Positions 31,678 through 41,396 of a DNA stretch of 64,000 bases are shown in pieces. The DNA comes from an uncultured Acidimicrobiia bacterium (GTDB lineage Bacteria; Acidobacteriota; Terriglobia; Versatilivoradales; Versatilivoraceae). The notes under the pieces are model-generated. The model had not been told where the DNA came from. It worked only from the letters and a program-made list of their open reading frames with translations, and made no database searches. The stretch's first letter is position 1; every line of letters begins with the position of its first letter. A program made the position numbers and the translations under genes. Location: the NCBI GenBank assembly GCA_963786955.1, contig CAWBAT010000005.1, forward strand, positions 256,001 through 320,000. The letters run 5' to 3'.

Positions 31678-32796
31678 ATGCCCCAGTATAAAATAGCCTG
31701 GCTCCCCGGAGACGGCATTGGAATTGAGGTCTTGGAGGCCGCTCGCTGCATCTTAGACAAATTAAAGTTTGATGCCACCTATCTTCCCGGCGATATCGGA
31801 TGGGAATGTTGGCGGAATGAAGGAGACCCTTTCCCGCAGCGAACCATTGAACTCTTGAAAAATGTCGATGCTGCTCTGTTTGGAGCCATCACTTCCAAGC
31901 CTGGCAAGGTAGCGGAAACGGAATTGGTTCCTGCACTTCAAGGAAAAGGTATTGTCTATCGCTCTCCGATTGTTCGGATGCGCCAATTGTTCGATCTCTA
32001 TATTTGTCTTCGCCCCTGCAAGGCTTTCCCGCAAAATCCTCTAAACCTGAAGGAAAACATCAACCTCGTGGTCTTTCGTGAAAATACGGAAGACCTTTAC
32101 GCCGGCGTAGAATTCCGTCCCGTTCCTCGAGAACTTTCTGAGACGTTAAGCCGGTTATCCGGGCAATTCGCTCCATACCGCGATTTAAAACCTGAGGAAT
32201 TCGCCATTTCCTGCAAGATCAATACGCGCCGCTCCAGCAATCGCATTATCCGCGCTGCATTTGAATACGCCAGGGAGAATGGGCGAAAGAAGGTGACCGT
32301 TGTGCATAAGGCCAACGTTGTTAGAGCCACCGACGGGATTTTTCTCGAAGCGGGATACGAGATTGCAAAGGAGTATCCTGAGATCCAGTGTGATGACGCC
32401 AACATCGATGCCATGACCATGTGGCTTTTGAAGAACCCACTCAACTATGAAGTTTTGGTAGCTCCAAACCTTTATGGAGACATCGTTTCCGATCTGTGTG
32501 CACAAATGGTCGGTGGGCTGGGCTTTGGCTGCTCGGGAAACATCGGAGACAAACTGGCTGTGTTTGAACCAACCCACGGGTCTGCACCCAAATATGCCGG
32601 GCAGCTCAAAGTGAATCCCATTGCGACCATCCTGGCGGCCAGAATGATGTTGGAATGGCTGGGCGAAGCGGAAAAAGCGGAGAGACTTCAAGCTGCCGTG
32701 GCTTCGGTGATACGTGCGGGTCAGGTCAGAACATACGATATGGGAGGCAGCGCCAGCACTCTGCAAATGGCTCAAGCCATTGCCGATGAACTCTAA
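31678..32796 (+). CDS. Isocitrate/isopropylmalate (possibly homoisocitrate) dehydrogenase family
   Basis: LPGDGIGIEV, RENTEDLY, VHKANV, NLYGDIVSD, FEPTHGSAP. Confidence 0.92.
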   Translation: MPQYKIAWLPGDGIGIEVLEAARCILDKLKFDATYLPGDIGWECWRNEGDPFPQRTIELLKNVDAALFGAITSKPGKVAETELVPALQGKGIVYRSPIVRMRQLFDLYICLRPCKAFPQNPLNLKENINLVVFRENTEDLYAGVEFRPVPRELSETLSRLSGQFAPYRDLKPEEFAISCKINTRRSSNRIIRAAFEYARENGRKKVTVVHKANVVRATDGIFLEAGYEIAKEYPEIQCDDANIDAMTMWLLKNPLNYEVLVAPNLYGDIVSDLCAQMVGGLGFGCSGNIGDKLAVFEPTHGSAPKYAGQLKVNPIATILAARMMLEWLGEAEKAERLQAAVASVIRAGQVRTYDMGGSASTLQMAQAIADEL

Positions 32797-32800
32797 GCCG

Positions 32801-33958
32801 CTATTCTCGCAATGCATCAATCAGCTTGATGCGGGCGGCCCGCAGGGCCGGGAGCCCACCACCCAGAATACCGACAATGGCCGCGAAGATCATCCCTTGC
32901 AGGAGGATTTTTGGGGTGATTCGAAAGTTAAACAAGATTTCAGTGAAGGTAGAAAAATTGGCCGTCCCTGTCGATAACCCGTGCAAAGGTAACGCCATCA
33001 CGCAGCCGAGAATTCCGCCCAAAAGAGCCAGCAGCGTCGACTCAATGATGAATGAAGACCAGATACTCCAGCCTGAAAATCCCACCGCCCTTAAAGTTCC
33101 GACTTCCTTAATCCTCGACATCACAGTCGCATACATCATGTTCATCGCGGCAAAACAGGACCCAACTCCCATGACGAGGGCAATAAACACGCCCAGAGCC
33201 TTAATCCCGATCGAACTGACGGTTTGACCGCGGAAGTATTCTTTCTGCGAGACTGCCTGGAGATGGATGCGCCGGTCATCCGCAATCCGGTGCGTCATGT
33301 CCTTGGCGGCAACCGCATCGACGGCTTCAGCTAGAAGCGACGAGTAGACGGGGCGGTCCCAATCCTGCGCGACGTCTTCCGCATCGGTCCACACTTCAGA
33401 GTCGTAAGCGGTACCTCCAGCATTAAAAATGCCAACCACTTTCCAATTGCTCCGCGACATGTGAAGAGTATCTCCCAACCGCATGTTTTGGAATCGACGG
33501 GAGAGGGATTCGCTGACGACGATCTCCCGCAGGCCTCGTCGAAACCATTCGCCCTGGACTAGCTTAGCTTCCGGCCTCAATCGAAGACCCATGGGAGAGG
33601 TTCCCCGAACCATTACATTTGAGGACTCCCCCGTAATCCTGGGGTGGCTGATCACCACCAAAATCTCACCACTGACCATTGGCTCATTGTTGCTGTCAAG
33701 GCGAAAGCCTGCTAGAAGTCGAATGGTCCCCAGCAAATCCCGATTAAAGTAGCTATTGACCTCATTGAGAGAGCCATCGCGAATGATAATCAGGTAATTT
33801 TCGTGACCGGTCTCCACAAAGGTAGTATCCAACCCGTTGACCAGGGCCATCATGGTGATGACGACTGCCACAGTCAGTCCTATCCCCAAGGCGGTCATCA
33901 AGGTCCCAACCCAGCGGACCCACAAGCTACCGATGTTGTATTTCAGTGGAATCCTCAT
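32801..33958 (-). CDS. ABC transporter permease (FtsX/MacB-like)
   Basis: RIKEVGTLRAVGF; one N-terminal TM, large periplasmic domain, three C-terminal TMs. Confidence 0.92.
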   Translation of the reverse strand: MRIPLKYNIGSLWVRWVGTLMTALGIGLTVAVVITMMALVNGLDTTFVETGHENYLIIIRDGSLNEVNSYFNRDLLGTIRLLAGFRLDSNNEPMVSGEILVVISHPRITGESSNVMVRGTSPMGLRLRPEAKLVQGEWFRRGLREIVVSESLSRRFQNMRLGDTLHMSRSNWKVVGIFNAGGTAYDSEVWTDAEDVAQDWDRPVYSSLLAEAVDAVAAKDMTHRIADDRRIHLQAVSQKEYFRGQTVSSIGIKALGVFIALVMGVGSCFAAMNMMYATVMSRIKEVGTLRAVGFSGWSIWSSFIIESTLLALLGGILGCVMALPLHGLSTGTANFSTFTEILFNFRITPKILLQGMIFAAIVGILGGGLPALRAARIKLIDALRE

Positions 33959-34000
33959 AAGGTGGTCATTATGAAACGAAACATTTCTCGCCTTTTAGGA

Positions 34001-34217
34001 TTTTTCATTGGTCATTGTTCAATTGTCATTTAACATTTTCTCGCAAAGTTCCAACATCTATGACTTGGCAATCACAAAGATTGCCTAAGTCATCTCTTTG
34101 GAAATCCCGCCGTCTGGTAGGCCGTCAATCGGCCAACCTCTCCTCAATCAGCAAGAGACGAAGAGATTAAGCTCAATGGCAAATGACAAATGAAAAATGA
34201 GCAATGAACAATTAAAA
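34001..34217. repeat. Inverted arrays of AATGACA-like heptamers enclosing a hairpin
   Basis: AATGGCA AATGACA AATGAAA AATGAGC AATGAAC at 34175-34209; complementary array at 34001-34030. Confidence 0.75.
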
Positions 34218-34253
34218 CATTCCCAAAAGTTGGAGAATCCTCCTTCCGCAATT

Positions 34254-35399
34254 TCAAGCAACCCGGCGCAGCGCCTCAACTGCCGGCCGATGGGCAGCGC
34301 TCCAAGCGGGCACTGCGGCAGCCAAAATGCCGACCCCTACGCCAATTCCAACACCCATGCCAATGATTCGAGGCCCCACATGAAGGTTCTGAACAAAGCC
34401 GCTCGTGATGACCGCCAGGTTTAAGTTCGAATAGGCCGCGCGGGCCGCGAGAGTTCCTATCATTGCCCCTGAAAAGGAGAGCGCCACCGACTCGCCCAAC
34501 AGCAATTTCAGAATGAGCCCATCCTGAAAACCCAAGGCCTTGAGAATACCGATTTCACGCGTACGTTCCCGGATCGACATCGCCATCGTATTCGCGGCGA
34601 CGAGAATAATGGCAAAAATGACCACAGAACAAATACTGGTAATCAGGAGTTGTACGTTTCCCATCATTGAAACAAATCCCAGGATAAAGGCTTTCTCCGT
34701 CTCTGTCTTGGTCGGGACCGGAGCATTCTGGAACAAGGCATCAACCTGCTCCGCAATCCTGGGAATTTCTTCAACGGACCGGGCACGAATGGTGTAGGTG
34801 CCGGTGAAGCTTGCATTATTCATCCCCTCGTTGAAATACTCCCAATGGAAAAAGAGTGTGCTCCCCTCGTCGCCACCTCCCTCGTAGATTCCACGCAGGG
34901 TCAGCTCGGGGTCAAACTGAAATAGGGCACCCTTCAGGTGGATCTTGTCCCCAATCTTCCAGCCAAACCGTTCAGCCAAGTTATTTCCTGCAATTGCTCC
35001 GGTGCGATCTTTAATGAAGGCTTCTTGTTGGTCTTTGGGGATGATCATGTCGGAATTGACGTAAAAGAAACCCTCCGTATCGACAGAGAACTGGGCAAAG
35101 AAGTTGGACGGGTCTTTGTACACGCCGCCAAACCACATGGAACCGACCACTGTGTCTACACCTTCGACTTTGGCAATTTTCTGGCGGTAGGAAATCGGCA
35201 ACGAATTAAATAGAGATACTTTGTGACGTGTAATCAGACGTAGCGCCGATTCGGGAGTCTTCGTCGGATTCTGCAGTGAATCCAACAGGGTAAGCAGAGT
35301 GGTGATCAGAAACAGGGAGACGGCGATGCTACTCATGGTCAGCAAGGTGCGGCGTCGGTTTCTCCAGATATTCTTATAAAGGATCCAAAAAAATTTCAT
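34254..35399 (-). CDS. ABC transporter permease (FtsX/MacB-like)
   Basis: RNRRRTLLT, ANTMAMSIRERTREIGILKALGF. Confidence 0.92.
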   Translation of the reverse strand: MKFFWILYKNIWRNRRRTLLTMSSIAVSLFLITTLLTLLDSLQNPTKTPESALRLITRHKVSLFNSLPISYRQKIAKVEGVDTVVGSMWFGGVYKDPSNFFAQFSVDTEGFFYVNSDMIIPKDQQEAFIKDRTGAIAGNNLAERFGWKIGDKIHLKGALFQFDPELTLRGIYEGGGDEGSTLFFHWEYFNEGMNNASFTGTYTIRARSVEEIPRIAEQVDALFQNAPVPTKTETEKAFILGFVSMMGNVQLLITSICSVVIFAIILVAANTMAMSIRERTREIGILKALGFQDGLILKLLLGESVALSFSGAMIGTLAARAAYSNLNLAVITSGFVQNLHVGPRIIGMGVGIGVGVGILAAAVPAWSAAHRPAVEALRRVA

Positions 35400-35493
35400 T
35401 AGCCCCTCTGCAGACTCATGTGCGCTAAATCCCGGACTAATGCAGAAACATCAATTGTTGTTTGCCAGGACATTCTTCACCTCCCAGCAGTCC

Positions 35494-35610
35494 CCCTGAA
35501 GATGTGAAAAAATCGGTTGTGGCGGCGGTCTGTGACCGCCGTTTCCTTTCAAATCAACGGCTTGGTCGGCGCTCATAGAGCGCCGCTACAATTTCTTCAC
35601 CCTTTCAGGG
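35494..35610. repeat. GAAGnTGTGAA inverted-repeat wrapper enclosing a REPIN
   Basis: Inverted repeat at 35494-35513 / 35591-35610 (16/20 match); inside GTGGCGGCGGTCTGTGACCGCCG..CGGCGCTCATAGAGCGCCGCTAC. Confidence 0.7.
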
Positions 35611-35636
35611 TCGTGGCATTTCCGATCCCACAGGGA

Positions 35637-36872
35637 TTAATTCGGATGAGGGATTCCCAAGACCGTTCTTACCGTATCCCGGGCGATAAGCAGTTCTTCA
35701 TTTGTGGGGATGACCGCGACATTCACCTTGCTCTGTGACGAAGAGACCAACCCTTCCGAATGAAGAGTCTTTTCATTGAGTAAGGAGTCTATTGTGATTC
35801 CAAAGAAGTCCAGCCGTTCACAACTCTTTGCACGAACCAGTGCCGAGTTTTCGCCAATTCCCCCGGTGAAAATTATCCCATCGACTTTGCCCAGAGCGGC
35901 GCAATAGGCACCGATGTACTTCCGGACGCGGTAGCAAAAAATGTCAATGGCCAATTTCGCCCGTGGATTTCCTGCCTTCATTTCCTCCTGCAGTTCCCGC
36001 ATGTCACCAGAGATTCCAGAGATGCCATACAATCCGCTGTGTTTGTTGAGCAACGTGGTGGCTTCGTGGATGGATAATTCTTCCTTGGCCATGACATGGA
36101 GGATCACGGCGGGATCAACGTCTCCGGACCGGCTCCCCATGACTAAGCCTTCCAGCGGGGTAAATCCCATAGAAGTATCGATCGACTGGCCTTTCTCAAT
36201 GGCACAAATCGAACAACCATTTCCCAGGTGGCACGTGATCAGATTGGCCTCTTCCCGCTTCAATTGAAAGAGTTGACGAAAACGATAGGCCACAAAACGG
36301 TGAGAGGTGCCATGAAAGCCGTAACGGCGGATCTGATGACGGCGGTACAAGACGTATGGCAAGCCGTAAATGTAAGCTTCGGCAGGCATCGACTGGTGAA
36401 AGGCCGTATCGAATACAGCCACCTGGGGGACCTCCGGAAGCAGTTCGCGGCAGACTTGATATCCCCGTAGATTATGCGGATTATGCAGCGGAGCCAGTTG
36501 AATACATTCACGAATCTCCGCCACCACCGGCTCCGTCATTAATTTCGAGTCGCTAAATTTCTCTCCCCCGTGGACCACTCGATGCCCAATCGCACCAATT
36601 TCATTGGGACCTTTGACTAGTGGGTTGGGGCCTGACCGCAAAAGTTCGAGGCACTGACTAATCGCGGACTTATGATCCAAGACTTCTCGAGCAGACACAT
36701 GGGCTTTCACCCCGTTACTCTCAAAATGAATGAGTGCTTCAGTCGTTCCGATCTTCTCAACAGCACCCTTGGCCAGCAAACGATCCTGGTTGGACTGGAT
36801 GAGTTCAGCGTCGGTTTCTATGAATTGGAACTTCACGGTGGAACTGCCGCAGTTCAGAACAAAAACTTTCAT
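35637..36872 (-). CDS. ackA: Acetate kinase
   Basis: VLNCGSSTVKF, GHRVVHGG, LAPLHNP, RRYGFHGTSH, FTGGIGENS, PTNEEL. Confidence 0.96.
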   Translation of the reverse strand: MKVFVLNCGSSTVKFQFIETDAELIQSNQDRLLAKGAVEKIGTTEALIHFESNGVKAHVSAREVLDHKSAISQCLELLRSGPNPLVKGPNEIGAIGHRVVHGGEKFSDSKLMTEPVVAEIRECIQLAPLHNPHNLRGYQVCRELLPEVPQVAVFDTAFHQSMPAEAYIYGLPYVLYRRHQIRRYGFHGTSHRFVAYRFRQLFQLKREEANLITCHLGNGCSICAIEKGQSIDTSMGFTPLEGLVMGSRSGDVDPAVILHVMAKEELSIHEATTLLNKHSGLYGISGISGDMRELQEEMKAGNPRAKLAIDIFCYRVRKYIGAYCAALGKVDGIIFTGGIGENSALVRAKSCERLDFFGITIDSLLNEKTLHSEGLVSSSQSKVNVAVIPTNEELLIARDTVRTVLGIPHPN

Positions 36873-36913
36873 GATTTCGCTTTGATGAATTCAAAAAAAT
36901 CCCAAAAGACTTA

Positions 36914-37053
36914 AACCACGGGGATAATTATTTGTTATTGGCTATTTACTATTTGCTATTGAGACCAAAATTGCCTCATTTTCCAATAGCAAATATCAAA
37001 TCGAAAATAGGCAATAGCAAATTGATCAAGTCTCCCCGTGTTCCCCGTGGTTC
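36914..37053. repeat. AACCACGGGGA/TCCCCGTGGTT inverted repeat enclosing inverted AATAGCA-like heptamer arrays
   Basis: ATTTGTT ATTGGCT ATTTACT ATTTGCT versus AATAGCA AATATCA AATCGAA AATAGGC AATAGCA. Abuts the hbd stop codon. Confidence 0.7.
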
Positions 37054-37939
37054 ATTTTTTCTTGCCTTGAGTTTCAGGGTTCTCACCGTAAACAAAGAAC
37101 CCTTTCCCGGTCTTGACGCCCAGGTCGCCAGCCCGGACTTTCATTCTTAGGATTGGGCAAGGGCGATATTTCAAATCACCCAACTCTCGAAATAGATGCT
37201 CCATCCACTTCATGACTTCGTCCAGACCCATGCGGTCGGCGAGGGCCAATGGCCCAATTTCCATGTTATATCCTAGTTTCATGGCTGTATCGACATCCTC
37301 GGCGCTGGCAATCCCCTCTAAAACCACCTGCATCGCCTCGTTGATCATTGGCAGCATAATGCGAGTCGTCACATAGCCAGGATATTCGTAAACCTCGATC
37401 GGAGTTTTTCCAAGAGAGATCAGAAACTCTCGCACAAATTGGTAGGTGGCGTCCGAGGTCTTCAGCCCACGGATTAATTCAACCAGAGCCATCTTCAATA
37501 CGGGATTCATGAAGTGAACACCAATGAAGCGATCCGGATGTTGGAGTCGTTCCGCCATTTTCGTAATGCTGAGGGTCGAGGTATTGGTCACAAAAATCGA
37601 GTCCGCCGAACACACAGTGGAAAGCTGATTGAAGAGCTTAACTTTCAAATCGAACTCTTCGGGAATAGCCTCGATGAAGAGGCCGAGTCCGGAAATCTCA
37701 CCCAGATTCGTCGTCACAGAAATTTTCTTCATCAAGGCCCGCTTATCGCTAGCGGTCAGGGCCCAACGGGAAATCTCATAATCCAGTTCATCAGCAAGCC
37801 GGTTGCTTGCCGCTTCGGCAGCCTCCGGGTTCTTTTCACACAGCAGAACTTCCATTCCCGCCTGCGCCACAACCACGGCAATCCCACGACCCATCGTGCC
37901 GCCGCCTAGGATCCCGACTTTGTTCAGACGATTTATCAA
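37052..37939 (-). CDS. hbd: 3-hydroxybutyryl-CoA / 3-hydroxyacyl-CoA dehydrogenase
   Basis: GGGTMGRGIA, TNTSTLSIT, GVHFMNP, GPLALADRMGLD, LGVKTGKGFF. Confidence 0.9.
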   Translation of the reverse strand: MINRLNKVGILGGGTMGRGIAVVVAQAGMEVLLCEKNPEAAEAASNRLADELDYEISRWALTASDKRALMKKISVTTNLGEISGLGLFIEAIPEEFDLKVKLFNQLSTVCSADSIFVTNTSTLSITKMAERLQHPDRFIGVHFMNPVLKMALVELIRGLKTSDATYQFVREFLISLGKTPIEVYEYPGYVTTRIMLPMINEAMQVVLEGIASAEDVDTAMKLGYNMEIGPLALADRMGLDEVMKWMEHLFRELGDLKYRPCPILRMKVRAGDLGVKTGKGFFVYGENPETQGKKK

Positions 37940-38002
37940 ATCAGTTCTCCGGAAAATCGCGAGAAAGGGGCTGGATAAGAATTTGCTGCCGACCCTATCT
38001 CT

Positions 38003-38758
38003 TTAGGAAAGTTGATGCTGGCGAATACGCACGCCGGATTGCTCAAACAAGTGAAAAGACGTGTCGTTGAGGGGATAATCGATGTTAAAAATAACCTCCA
38101 CCATTCCGCAGTTAATGATCATTTTGGAACACATAAGACAAGGGGAAAACGTTGTATAAATCGTGCCGTCTTTCACACTCGTCCCGTGGTAAGCAGCCTG
38201 GGTAATGGCATTCTCTTCCGCGTGAGAGCAAAGACATTCCTCGAGCCGTGTTCCGCTGCTGGCAAGGCTATTACAGCGGGGGCATCCCCCTTCATTGCAA
38301 TTCTTGGTGCCCCGCGGTGTCCCATTATATCCGGTCGAGATAATTCGCCTGTCGCGCACAATCACGGCTCCGACTTTACGCTTGATGCAATTGCTACGCA
38401 TGGAAGCCACTTGTGCAATCTTCATAAAATATTCATCCCAGTCGGGGCGGGGTTGGGCTCGGGTCTCTGCAATGACCCACTGGCTGATCCGGGTCTCGGC
38501 TTCCAACTCTGGAGTCTTGATGTCAATAAAATAGGGAGTCTGGGATTCTCCTATTTCCCCAATGCCAATCAACAAGGCACCGCGATTCTTCCAATTCTCC
38601 AATATAAGCCCATCACTGGCAACATCCACCACATGGTTCTTATCTTCCTCAAGCTTTATCTCGGCATCTCCCGTAGAGAGATAAAAGCTCTTCTGTGAAA
38701 GATAATCCAGTAAAGCCGACTTCAGAGGAGAAGGACGGCCGTAAAGTCCAATGATCAT
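38003..38758 (-). CDS. dCMP deaminase family protein with N-terminal extension
   Basis: RPDWDEYFM, TGYNG, HAEENA and PCLMC zinc motifs. Confidence 0.9.
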   Translation of the reverse strand: MIIGLYGRPSPLKSALLDYLSQKSFYLSTGDAEIKLEEDKNHVVDVASDGLILENWKNRGALLIGIGEIGESQTPYFIDIKTPELEAETRISQWVIAETRAQPRPDWDEYFMKIAQVASMRSNCIKRKVGAVIVRDRRIISTGYNGTPRGTKNCNEGGCPRCNSLASSGTRLEECLCSHAEENAITQAAYHGTSVKDGTIYTTFSPCLMCSKMIINCGMVEVIFNIDYPLNDTSFHLFEQSGVRIRQHQLS

Positions 38759-38972
38759 GATCCATCCTAATGGGTATTGCCGTAAATTCCGCCAATCAGA
38801 CTACCACAAATGGAACCATTTTTCGCTTTCTACGATAGAATGAGAGAGGTTGAGCCAGGGATTCATCGGGTCGCCCTTTCCCATTTACGGGCAACGCAGT
38901 CACTCGATGCAAAGAGGCTCTAATGGGCAAGCCTTTTAAAATGTTTGGCCCCTTCTTCTATAAGGAGCATCT

Positions 38973-39599
38973 ATGGAAATCATCAATCCCGAAATCGATC
39001 ATTATCTGAAAGGCCTCCTTCCCAACCGAGACAGTGTCTTACAGCAAATGGAAACCTATGGGAATGAGAAGAACTTCCCGATCATCGGTCCTTTAGTCGG
39101 CCGGTTGCTGCTTCAACTCGCCTCTTTAACCGAAGCGAAGAAGATCTTCGAGTTGGGGTCAGGTTTCGGCTATTCGGCCTTATGGTTTTCTAAGGGTGTT
39201 CAACCGGATGCCAAAATCATCTGCACGGACGGCTCACCGGAAAACGCTGCAATGGCCGAAGGCTTTTTCAAGCAGGCTGGCATTGAGAGGTTGGTTGACT
39301 TTCGTGTCGGGGATGCATTATCTCTACTGGACAACGAATTGGGCCCTTTTGACATTATTCTCAATGATATCGACAAGCACGAATATCCGCAGGCTTTCCG
39401 AAAAGCAGTTCCGAGGCTCCGCAAGGGGGGTCTGCTCATCACCGATAATGTGCTCTGGTCTGGCAAGGTGGTTAGCGATCCTCGAGACGCAGACACAAAA
39501 GGAATCTTGGAGTTTAATCAACTGGCTTATCAGTCTCAAGACGTCCATACCGTGATCATCCCGCTACGTGATGGCGTGGCCGTGAGCATGAAACTATGA
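38973..39599 (+). CDS. Class I O-methyltransferase (caffeoyl-CoA OMT-like)
   Basis: AAGGAG RBS; ELGSGFGYS, DIDK, LRKGGLLITDNVLWSG, RDGV. Confidence 0.9.
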   Translation: MEIINPEIDHYLKGLLPNRDSVLQQMETYGNEKNFPIIGPLVGRLLLQLASLTEAKKIFELGSGFGYSALWFSKGVQPDAKIICTDGSPENAAMAEGFFKQAGIERLVDFRVGDALSLLDNELGPFDIILNDIDKHEYPQAFRKAVPRLRKGGLLITDNVLWSGKVVSDPRDADTKGILEFNQLAYQSQDVHTVIIPLRDGVAVSMKL

Positions 39600-40438
39600 A
39601 GATTGGACCTTACCAAATCGAGTTACTGGAAACAGGACATTTCTGGCTTGACGGCGGCGCCATGTTTGGGGTCGTCCCCAAGACTCTTTGGAATCAGAGC
39701 AATCCCAGTGACGAAAAGAACCGCGTGGAATTAGCGATGCGGGTACTTCTCGTTCTCTATAAAGACCGGAAAATTCTGGTAGATGTTGGAGCCGGCGAAA
39801 AGTATTCCCCCAAGCAGCAGGAAATCTTCCAGTGGAACAACGGCAAGTCTGATCTGAAGAAATCACTGCGCCAACATGGCATTAGTCCGGAACAGGTCAC
39901 CGATGTGGTCTTAACTCATTGTCACTTTGACCACGCCGGAGGCGGAACTGAATTCAGGGATCACCAAACGCAGCTCACATTTCCGCGGGCAACCTATTAT
40001 GTTCAGGACAAACATTGGGAGTGGGCCTTGAACCCCACCGACCGGGATCGAGGCAGTTTCTTGAAGGAAGACATTGAACCTCTCCAAAAATCCGAACAGA
40101 TTAAGACTATCCCGGGTGAAACCGAACTTTTCCCCGGTTTTCACTTAATCCTGTCTAATGGCCATACCCCAGCCCTTCAAATGGTCAAGATTCAGGATGC
40201 TTATCAGACTCTTTTTTATTGCGGCGACCTGATTCCGACAGCAGCCCATCTCGCCTTGCCCTATATCATGGGGTATGATCTTTTCCCGTTGACGACCTTG
40301 GAGGAGAAACGGCTCTATCTCGATCAGGCGTGTGCCGAGGAATGGATCATTGTTCTTGAGCATGACCCAAACATCGGCGCGGTTCGAATTGGGGCCGGCA
40401 GTAAATGGATGGAGATCACAGAAAGAGTAGAAATCTGA
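39596..40438 (+). CDS. MBL-fold metallo-hydrolase (YtnP-like)
   Basis: LDGGAMFGVVPK, THCHFDHAGG, GHT, MGYD. Confidence 0.92.
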   Translation: MKIGPYQIELLETGHFWLDGGAMFGVVPKTLWNQSNPSDEKNRVELAMRVLLVLYKDRKILVDVGAGEKYSPKQQEIFQWNNGKSDLKKSLRQHGISPEQVTDVVLTHCHFDHAGGGTEFRDHQTQLTFPRATYYVQDKHWEWALNPTDRDRGSFLKEDIEPLQKSEQIKTIPGETELFPGFHLILSNGHTPALQMVKIQDAYQTLFYCGDLIPTAAHLALPYIMGYDLFPLTTLEEKRLYLDQACAEEWIIVLEHDPNIGAVRIGAGSKWMEITERVEI

Positions 40439-40447
40439 AAGGACGAC

Positions 40448-41380
40448 GTGCGGGACAAACTTTACCTTGCCGGCTTTCTCGTTACGGCCGGCCTGCTGCT
40501 GTTCTTAGGCCGACATTTGGTGCAGGAGTCTGCCCTGATGACGGAGGTTTTAACCTTCGCTGCCAGTACTTCGGTGGGAGTCGTGGGCTTGATCCTGTAC
40601 CGATTGCGATTGCAATTAAAGGCCAGCCGGAGAGAATTGGCCCGAAAGGAAGCTGAAATTAGCATTGCTCATGAAGTGCAGCGGGCTTTATTCCCCCGCC
40701 AACTTCCTCGAGACGGAGGGCTTGAGTTCGCTGCCGTTTGTATTCCTGCCGGCGGGATCAGTGGAGATTTTTATGATGCCATCCAATTGCCGGACGGACG
40801 CCAGGTATTTGCCATCGCCGATATCAGTGGAAAAGGCATTTCTGCGGCATTGATCATGGCAAATTTACAAGCGGTGCTTCGTGTCCTGGCCAATTCTGTT
40901 CCCGAGCCTGGTCCAGTCTGCCGGCAGCTCAATAGTCATTTACATCAGGTCACCGATGCCTCTAAATTTGCCACGTTTTTTTACGCCATTTGGGAACCCC
41001 GAAATAGGCATCTAACCTACGTCAATGCGGGTCATAATCCGCCGTTCCTTTTGGGGAACCAGCGGCGTCAGCGTTTGGAGGAAGGAGGGATGCCACTTGG
41101 GATGTTTCCCCATACTGAATTTCAGACCGGTGAAGTGTTCTTTCATCCAGGAGAGTTGTTGGTCCTTTATTCAGATGGTTTGACGGAGGCAGCGAATGCC
41201 CAACGCGTAGAATTTGGAGAATCCCAGCTGGAGTCTCTCGTGAGCGCTCATTGTCAGAAACCTTTGCCTGAGATTCAACAGATCGTCCTGAACGCTGTTC
41301 AAGAGTGGGCAGCCAAACAGTTAGAAGATGATTTAACCTTGGTGCTGGTGCGATGCATCTCAAATACGAGTGACGTTTAG
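40448..41380 (+). CDS. Membrane-anchored PP2C (SpoIIE/RsbU-type) protein phosphatase
   Basis: SGDFYD, IADISGKG, NAGHNPP, YSDGLTE, DDLT. Confidence 0.92.
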   Translation: MRDKLYLAGFLVTAGLLLFLGRHLVQESALMTEVLTFAASTSVGVVGLILYRLRLQLKASRRELARKEAEISIAHEVQRALFPRQLPRDGGLEFAAVCIPAGGISGDFYDAIQLPDGRQVFAIADISGKGISAALIMANLQAVLRVLANSVPEPGPVCRQLNSHLHQVTDASKFATFFYAIWEPRNRHLTYVNAGHNPPFLLGNQRRQRLEEGGMPLGMFPHTEFQTGEVFFHPGELLVLYSDGLTEAANAQRVEFGESQLESLVSAHCQKPLPEIQQIVLNAVQEWAAKQLEDDLTLVLVRCISNTSDV

Positions 41381-41396
41381 TACAAGTGGAGGAACC

